A stretch of 64,000 nucleotides of DNA from an uncultured bacterium (lineage in GTDB: Bacteria; Omnitrophota; Omnitrophia; Omnitrophales; Aquincolibacteriaceae), in assembly GCA_964434115.1 (NCBI GenBank), contig CAYSSX010000002.1, positions 9,680 through 73,679 on the forward strand, written 5' to 3'. Positions 58,481 to 64,000 of this stretch are shown here, piece by piece (within the stretch, counting starts at the first letter, position 1; the number at the start of each line of letters is the position of its first letter). The translations under genes and the position numbers were made by a program. The notes under the pieces were generated by a model. That model had not been told where the DNA came from, did no database searches, and saw only the letters and a list, made by a program, of their open reading frames with translations.

Positions 58481-58900
58481 ATGATTTTTTTTCTTCTTGT
58501 TCTGGCCGGTTTTCTCACGGTGCTTTTTTACCGCTTTTCCTACCCCGCAGTTAAAATCCGCCGAAGAATCAAGGCCCTTTTTCATGATTATTTTAAAAAA
58601 AGAACCTTGAGTCCTGATCTTCCCGAAAGCCTTATCTGGAAAGATGTGGCCGCTTGCTATTTTAAAGCCCGGGGACGAGGGGAGCAGGAGGTTGCGAGGG
58701 GTGCAAGGGTTCTCGAAGAAAGCTGTGAAGATTTTATGGCAAGGCACGATGTCCTTCGTATAGAAAAAGAAAAAGCCAAAGAGCTGGCCCGGCGGATTCT
58801 TCTTTATGAAGCGGGGACATTGAAGCCCGAGGGGTACGCAGGGGCCGAGAAGGTTTATGCGGATGTTGAGAGTGCGGCCCGCGAGTTTTTTAAGAAGTAG
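58481..58900 (+). CDS. Hypothetical N-terminal-TM protein
   Basis: Single N-terminal TM helix then a charged domain. No recognisable family. Confidence 0.3.
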   Translation: MIFFLLVLAGFLTVLFYRFSYPAVKIRRRIKALFHDYFKKRTLSPDLPESLIWKDVAACYFKARGRGEQEVARGARVLEESCEDFMARHDVLRIEKEKAKELARRILLYEAGTLKPEGYAGAEKVYADVESAAREFFKK

Positions 58901-58981
58901 TGTTCCATGCTGGCAATCAAAGCATTCTCTTATTATAATAAACCAGCTTTGCCTGACACATCCCTTTCAAGGAGATCTCTT

Positions 58982-59197
58982 ATGGAAAGAATCGCTGTTC
59001 AATCCCGCGACATTGCCCTTGTTGGTTATGACTCTGAAACAACGACTCTCGAAGTCACGTTTCGTGCCGGTGGAGTTTATCAATATATCCAGGTTCCTGA
59101 AAAAATTCACCGGGAATTTCTGGCCGCATCATCCATAGGGACTTTTTTCCGGGACAACATCCGCGAGCGATATTCTTATAAGAAAGTCAGCGGATGA
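58982..59197 (+). CDS. KTSC domain protein
   Basis: Internal ATG of ORF 58907... VGYDSETTTLEVTFRAGGVYQYIQVPEKIHREFLAASSIGTFFRDNIRERY matches the KTSC pattern. Confidence 0.5.
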   Translation: MERIAVQSRDIALVGYDSETTTLEVTFRAGGVYQYIQVPEKIHREFLAASSIGTFFRDNIRERYSYKKVSG

Positions 59198-59441
59198 GGG
59201 GCTTCGGAGTCCCTTGGCATTACTGCCGTTGGTTTTTTTGTCGAGTGCTTTTTTTCGTTTCAAGGCTATTGGATTTCCTGACGGCTTCCCCAAAGCCCTG
59301 CTTTTCAGAACCTTTCCGAATCATTCCTGCGGTCGTCATCAGGGTGATGAGCCTTGGTGGGTCTTACTGTTTGGCCCAAACCCTGCGCATCCCAAGCAAG
59401 CCGTTTTTTACCGTAACGAAAGACCCTGGATTTTAATTTTT

Positions 59442-59801
59442 ATGGATGATGCGCGTCTCGTTTACTCCACAGATCCTGAAAAAAATAAAACCTGCCCCAA
59501 GTGCCGCGAACTTTTGGAGTCATGCAGTTGTAAGGCCGCGTCGGGTGTCCGGGGAGGCGTCTTTACCGTGGTTCTTAGAATTGAAAAATCAGGACGCGGA
59601 GGGAAAACGGTTACGGTTATTGACGGGTTTCCAAGGTCGGAGCCGGTGCTAAGAGACATGGCCAGAGATCTAAAATCTCGCTGCGGCTCTGGCGGCACCT
59701 ATGGCTATGGAGAAAAATTCGGCTTCGTAGAAATTCAGGGAGATAAACGAGAGCTGCTGAGAGCTTTTTTTGCAGGAAAAGGAATTCCATGCAAAGGCTA
59801 A
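59442..59801 (+). CDS. yciH: SUI1/eIF1-family translation initiation factor
   Basis: C-terminal ..VTVIDGF..LRDMARDLKSRCGSGGT...VEIQGDKRE.. matches the YciH/SUI1 fold pattern. Internal ATG of ORF 59214... Confidence 0.7.
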   Translation: MDDARLVYSTDPEKNKTCPKCRELLESCSCKAASGVRGGVFTVVLRIEKSGRGGKTVTVIDGFPRSEPVLRDMARDLKSRCGSGGTYGYGEKFGFVEIQGDKRELLRAFFAGKGIPCKG

Positions 59802-59805
59802 AACT

Positions 59806-60948
59806 ATGATGAATAGCAAGCCCCGGAATAAAGCGCACCTTGTAATCCTTCAGACCTGGCAGCGATCAAAGCTCTATCTAGAGGAAAGCGCCGAAGAAAT
59901 GAAAGAATTAACCCGGTCCGCTCTGGTGGAAGTCGTTGGAGTGACCCAGGCACATTTACTCCACCCGAGTCCCAGCCATTTTGTCCGGGAAGGAAAGCTC
60001 GAAGAAATCCGTGATGCGGCTAAATCGGCCGGTGCAAATGTGCTTTTTTTTAATGTGGATCTCACTCCCGCGCAGGCGCGCAATATTGAAAAATTTACAA
60101 AAGTACCCGCAGTCGATAGAACGGGATTGATTTTGGATATTTTTGGACGAAGAGCTCAGACAAGCGAAGGTAAGCTTCAAGTGGAATTGGCGAGGCTTGA
60201 ATATATGCTGCCCCGCCTGGGCGGGCTCGGCGTTGTTTTCTCCCGGTTGGGAGGCGGTATCGGTACCCGGGGTCCTGGCGAAACTGAACTTGAAACAGAC
60301 CGCCGAAAATTTAGAAATCGTATCAAGCGCGTTAAAGAGGAACTTGAAAAAGTTAAAAAACATCGCGAATTACTCCGGGCCGGACGCCGGCGGAGAAATT
60401 TCACGACAGTTGCTCTGGTGGGATACACCAATGCGGGAAAATCAACACTTCTCAATGCTTTGACCGGCGCCGAGTCTTATGTGGAGGATAAGCTTTTTGC
60501 GACGCTTGACACCACGACGCGAGCTCAGTCGATCAACGGGAGAAGAGATCTTCTTTTTGTGGATACCGTGGGTTTTTTGAAAGACCTTCCCCACAGCTTG
60601 ATCCGTGCATTTCATGCGACTCTCGAAGAGGTTTCTGAAGCAGATGTTTTGATTCATGTGCTGGATGTTGCTGCCCAAAGCCCCCAGGATGCAAAGGCCG
60701 CGGTTGAAAAAGTTTTGGAAGAAATTGGAGCCGGAAGTAAACCGGTCGTACTGGCGCTCAACAAAGCGGATCTGTTAAGTGAAGACGCCAAGGTGCGTAT
60801 TCAGCATGAATGGAGCGGTGGTGTGTTGGTTTCAGCACGAGAAAAGCTTGGCCTTCGGAGTCTGCTGGCAGAAATTGAAAAAAGGGTTCCAAAAGACAAG
60901 GGTGAGGCCGGAGAAAAGCTCTCAGAAATGCCGGAGAACAAAGGGTGA
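59806..60948 (+). CDS. hflX: GTPase HflX
   Basis: HflX N-domain and G-domain motifs (VGYTNAGKSTL, DTVGF, NKAD). Confidence 0.85.
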   Translation: MMNSKPRNKAHLVILQTWQRSKLYLEESAEEMKELTRSALVEVVGVTQAHLLHPSPSHFVREGKLEEIRDAAKSAGANVLFFNVDLTPAQARNIEKFTKVPAVDRTGLILDIFGRRAQTSEGKLQVELARLEYMLPRLGGLGVVFSRLGGGIGTRGPGETELETDRRKFRNRIKRVKEELEKVKKHRELLRAGRRRRNFTTVALVGYTNAGKSTLLNALTGAESYVEDKLFATLDTTTRAQSINGRRDLLFVDTVGFLKDLPHSLIRAFHATLEEVSEADVLIHVLDVAAQSPQDAKAAVEKVLEEIGAGSKPVVLALNKADLLSEDAKVRIQHEWSGGVLVSAREKLGLRSLLAEIEKRVPKDKGEAGEKLSEMPENKG

Positions 60949-62276
60949 GGCATTCTGACGAGGGCCTTTCATCCCGAACCACTGAAGCTGACGCCCGGCG
61001 TTTGCATGCCCAAATAAGGCATGCAGGAAGCATTTGGAAAGATATCCGCGGCACGACTCAACCTGCTGACCGGTGGATCGGAAACTACTTTTTTCAGCAT
61101 CGGAAAAAATTAGGATCCCGTGACAGGAGATTTTTGTCTCAAACTATCTATGGATTGTTCAGGCACCGGAGCTATCTTTCAGCTTGGGCGGCTTCCCTGA
61201 ACCGCGAGGAAGATGAAGACTGCCTGGCTTTTTTGTCGTGTTTCCTTGAGGGGCTTGTTACCGAGGAAGAGGCCCGCCACGCAGCGCCCGTGGATGCAGA
61301 AGCGTTGAATCACTTTTTGAAACGTAAAAAAGAGTTCCTCTCGTTTGTTGACCCGATCACTGAGACGAAATCGGAAGAAGAGTCTCTTGCCCTCCGCTAC
61401 TCTTTTCCGCAGTGGATTGTCAGCCGATGGCTGAGCGCCTTTGGCCGGGAAAGAGTCAAAAAACTTTTTGATGTTTTTGAAAAACGGCCGCCCCTGACGA
61501 TTCGCGCAAATCCCGTGAAAATAAACCGGGAAGCCTTAATCGAGCGGCTTAGGAAACAGGGGTTTGAGGTGACGGCTTGTCCTTTGACCCCTTGGGCAGT
61601 TGTTTTCCGGGAAAGGATCGGGATTTTTGATCTCCCGGAGTTTCAAGAAGGTCTGTTTGAGGTGCAGGATGCCGGGAGCCAGCTCGCTTGCCTTATACTG
61701 GAACCAAAACCGGGTGAGCTCATTTGGGACGCTTGTGCAGGCGGAGGAGGGAAGAGCCTTCTTTTAGGAGCGCTTCTTGAAAATAAAGGCCGTCTCGTTG
61801 CGACGGATATTCGTATGCAGAAACTGCAGGACTTAAAAAAGCGTGCCAAACGTGCAGGATTGTTTAATGTTTTTCCAGCGGATCTTTCCCGCATGAATGA
61901 AATCCGTATTGCCCAGAAAGGATTTGATAAAATTCTGGTAGACGCCCCGTGCTCTGGAACCGGAACCTTGCGCCGGAATCCGGATGCGAAATGGAAATTG
62001 CGCGAAGAAGGATTTCAAGCCCAGCAGATTGAGCAGATTAAAATTCTTGAGAGTGTGCTCCCGAGGCTGAAAGTTGGGGGGCGGGTTTATTATGTAACCT
62101 GTTCGCTTGAACAGACGGAAAATGAAGAGGTTATTCAACGGGTATTTGAAGGGCGGAGCGATTTTCGTCTTATCCCTCTGAATGGTTTTGGAGAACCCTC
62201 CGCCAGAGGATCACGGCTTTGGCCGTCTGAGGAAAATGATGGATTTTTTGCGGCGGCGGCCGAAAAAATAAAGTGA
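60945..62276 (+). CDS. rsmB: 16S rRNA m5C methyltransferase, RsmB/Sun family
   Basis: SAM motif DACAGGGGKS and catalytic DAPCSGTGTLRRNPD. Confidence 0.8.
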   Translation: MRHSDEGLSSRTTEADARRLHAQIRHAGSIWKDIRGTTQPADRWIGNYFFQHRKKLGSRDRRFLSQTIYGLFRHRSYLSAWAASLNREEDEDCLAFLSCFLEGLVTEEEARHAAPVDAEALNHFLKRKKEFLSFVDPITETKSEEESLALRYSFPQWIVSRWLSAFGRERVKKLFDVFEKRPPLTIRANPVKINREALIERLRKQGFEVTACPLTPWAVVFRERIGIFDLPEFQEGLFEVQDAGSQLACLILEPKPGELIWDACAGGGGKSLLLGALLENKGRLVATDIRMQKLQDLKKRAKRAGLFNVFPADLSRMNEIRIAQKGFDKILVDAPCSGTGTLRRNPDAKWKLREEGFQAQQIEQIKILESVLPRLKVGGRVYYVTCSLEQTENEEVIQRVFEGRSDFRLIPLNGFGEPSARGSRLWPSEENDGFFAAAAEKIK

Positions 62277-62309
62277 TATGTCTTTTTAACCCCGATTTTT
62301 AAGGAGAGC

Positions 62310-62687
62310 TTGATGAAAAAAACAGCCTTGGCACTATTGGCATTCCTTTTTTTTACCCCAGCCGTTTTTGCTTACGACACAGGACACAGCCCCGAGAGCG
62401 TTTTTAGCCGCATTGGAAAAATTGAAAAGCGCGGCTTTTTGAATGTGCTTGGATTACCTGCGGAGCTTTGGAGAACGCCGGTGGATGAAGTCCATGCGCA
62501 CCCAAAACTCTGGCCGGTGACATTCTTTCCGAGGACCGTTACAAATGTTGTTATTCGGGCTGTTTCCGCGGCTTATGACATAGGTCTTGCTCCGATTGTT
62601 CAGCCGTTCAGCGATGACACGTCTCCGTTAACGGAAGCGATGGGGCTTCCTGATTATCCCTGGCAAACCGGTGACCGTAGCTACTAA
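62310..62687 (+). CDS. Hypothetical small secreted protein
   Basis: Signal peptide ..TPAVFA/YD. 125 aa. No family recognised with confidence. Confidence 0.35.
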   Translation: MMKKTALALLAFLFFTPAVFAYDTGHSPESVFSRIGKIEKRGFLNVLGLPAELWRTPVDEVHAHPKLWPVTFFPRTVTNVVIRAVSAAYDIGLAPIVQPFSDDTSPLTEAMGLPDYPWQTGDRSY

Positions 62688-62700
62688 GGGTTGACTCTAC

Positions 62701-63099
62701 ATGCCCGTCCGATGCCCCAGCTGCGGAAAGCAGCACGATGTCACCGAGTTTGAAAGCGACCAAAAAATAAAATGCACTTGCGGCCGGGAGCTCAATATTT
62801 TTCAGCTCGAAACCGTAGAGGACTTTCTGCGGTTTTTTGAAAGTGAGTCGGAAAGAGTTAAGGCGCTTGAGATTCAGCGGGATGCAGAAGATTTATGCCG
62901 CATGATCCTTGATGAAAGATGCGCGGATGTCGACATCGATATTGCAGAAACAAAACTTAGGGAAAAAGTGCTGGCTATGTTTCCGGAAAAAATGGAAACC
63001 TATCAAATGATTTATGAAGCCCGCTTCAAACGTCTTAGAGAGCAGTTCCGCAGCCCAGGGCAAGGGTTCTCTTCAGAAGACCCGGGTCGTCCGACATGA
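62701..63099 (+). CDS. Hypothetical zinc-ribbon protein
   Basis: N-terminal CPSCG..(14 aa)..CTCG zinc ribbon then an acidic helical region. The 3' end overlaps the convergent GDPD gene. Confidence 0.35.
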   Translation: MPVRCPSCGKQHDVTEFESDQKIKCTCGRELNIFQLETVEDFLRFFESESERVKALEIQRDAEDLCRMILDERCADVDIDIAETKLREKVLAMFPEKMETYQMIYEARFKRLREQFRSPGQGFSSEDPGRPT

Positions 63100-63832
63100 T
63101 TCCATCTGCGCCTCTGCGGGCGAGGTCCATCATCAGTTCGGGGTTGTTTACGGTCCAGTAATAGACGCTCATATTTTTGTTGTGAAGCCAATCAATCCAG
63201 GATTTTTTTTTCAGGTCAAAAAATTTATTTTCAACGGGGAGAGAAGCAACCAGTTTCGAGTCCTGTTTAGGCGAACGCCGCCGAAGATAGTATTCGGCGA
63301 GAAGCCTGAAAGCGGCTTGCCGGGAAGTGAAAATCTTTGTGGCCGCAGGGATTTTTCTGAGCTCTTGAAATACGGTATCCTCTAAAGAGCCTACCGTGCA
63401 AAGATTGACAGCATTATATTTCTCAACAAGGTCTAGAACTTTCCGAGTCAGTTCAGAAGATGAAGCCTTGATTTCGATAGCGAGTTTTTTTCCAGGGAAT
63501 TCCTGAAAGATCTCCTCCAGAGTGGGAATTCCTATATTGCGCGCACGTTGGGAGAAATCACTGGATTTGGAAGGGTCAAACCAGTAGCCGGCGTCGAGAG
63601 CTTTGAGTTCCTTGAGAGAATGTTTGGCGACTTCACCCTGACCGTTTGTGGTTCGTTCCAGAGTTTCATCGTGAATGACTACGGGAAAACCATCGCGAGA
63701 GAGGTGGACATCAAATTCAACCATGTCTGCTCCGTGAGTATTAAAGGCAAGCCTGAAAGATTCCAGGGTATTTTCAGGCAGCAACGCCGAAGCTCCGCGG
63801 TGACCGATGACAAGGGGCAAGGAAGTAAGCAT
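63035..63832 (-). CDS. Glycerophosphodiester phosphodiesterase (GDPD family)
   Basis: HRGAS..PENT and VEFDVHLSRDG..VIHD GDPD motifs. Start taken at the internal Met (MLTSLPLVIGHRG). Confidence 0.8.
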   Translation of the reverse strand: MLTSLPLVIGHRGASALLPENTLESFRLAFNTHGADMVEFDVHLSRDGFPVVIHDETLERTTNGQGEVAKHSLKELKALDAGYWFDPSKSSDFSQRARNIGIPTLEEIFQEFPGKKLAIEIKASSSELTRKVLDLVEKYNAVNLCTVGSLEDTVFQELRKIPAATKIFTSRQAAFRLLAEYYLRRRSPKQDSKLVASLPVENKFFDLKKKSWIDWLHNKNMSVYYWTVNNPELMMDLARRGADGIMSDDPGLLKRTLALGCGTAL

Positions 63833-63896
63833 ATTGGCATTATGGCGGAAATAAATAAAAAGATGCAAGTTTTAACTCGTGTGCAGGAGGTTTGTT

Positions 63897-64000
63897 GTGG
63901 CTGTTGCGATCGTATTGGTTGAACCGGAAAATCCGGACAATATAGGAGCCACTGCCCGGGCCATGAAAAATATGGGCCTGCGCGACTTTCGCCTTGTGAA
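63897..64000 (+). CDS. SpoU/TrmH-family RNA methyltransferase (TrmJ-like). 3' truncated at the window end.
   Basis: GTG after a [38 protein letters not shown] matches the TrmJ N-terminus. Confidence 0.5.
   Translation, partial: MAVAIVLVEPENPDNIGATARAMKNMGLRDFRLV

Noticed and set aside
59194-59441. ORFs 59194..59436 and the 5' part of 59214..59801 as real proteins
   Set aside because: There is no homology. The YciH/SUI1 domain starts at the internal ATG 59442. The region more likely represents the 5' UTR/promoter of yciH-hflX.

Overview
This 64-kb window appears to be bacterial chromosome (about 55% GC) with tightly packed, mostly plus-strand operons. I found no rRNA, tRNA, CRISPR array or transposase/integrase. 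Reading left to right: (1) a heme-copper oxidase cofactor-assembly module: ctaB heme O synthase (5' truncated), a NosFY-like ABC-2 transporter, SCO1, DUF420 and a PNPOx-like protein. (2) A sulfur module with cysC, cysH and cysK, followed by a threonine-synthase-like PLP enzyme with a Zn ribbon, a MoaD/ThiS-like carrier ending GG-Cys and a small NIL-like protein. (3) A biotin operon bioB-fabG-like-fabF-like-bioF-GGDEF-bioA-bioD, then mnmA and an rnfC-like gene. (4) A seven-gene minus-strand operon (18238..25832) joined by overlapping stops and starts. It encodes a PilZ domain fused to an N-acyl amino acid synthase-like GNAT, a two-domain nitroreductase-like protein, a ThiF/MoeB-type E1 adenylase, a LolA-like protein, a MacB/LolCDE-like ABC pair and an outer-membrane beta-barrel. 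This is the best candidate for an undescribed c-di-GMP-controlled biosynthesis and export system. It sits between rnfC-like and rnfD-G-E-A-like genes. All three canonical Rnf flavin/NADH motifs look degenerate in those genes, and rnfB is absent. (5) Housekeeping genes: pilT, polA, coaE, rho, rpmE, prfA, prmC, murA, rpsP, trmD, rplS, rnhB and yraN. (6) An Omp85-like barrel, a secreted kinase-like protein and a JAB/MPN protease convergent with comM. (7) Divergent PAP2, an L,D-transpeptidase and accA. (8) An AT-rich regulatory region dense in TTGTAA palindromes upstream of a lipoprotein-merR-fliA operon, and flgM with a sigma-28-type promoter. (9) A glycoamylase-like hydrolase, a HAMP-only protein, pepA, queH, a ROK kinase, hypothetical membrane proteins, a KTSC protein, yciH, hflX, rsmB, a GDPD and a 3' truncated trmJ-like gene. 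All calls rest on motif recognition and reading-frame logic from the sequence alone. No database search was run.
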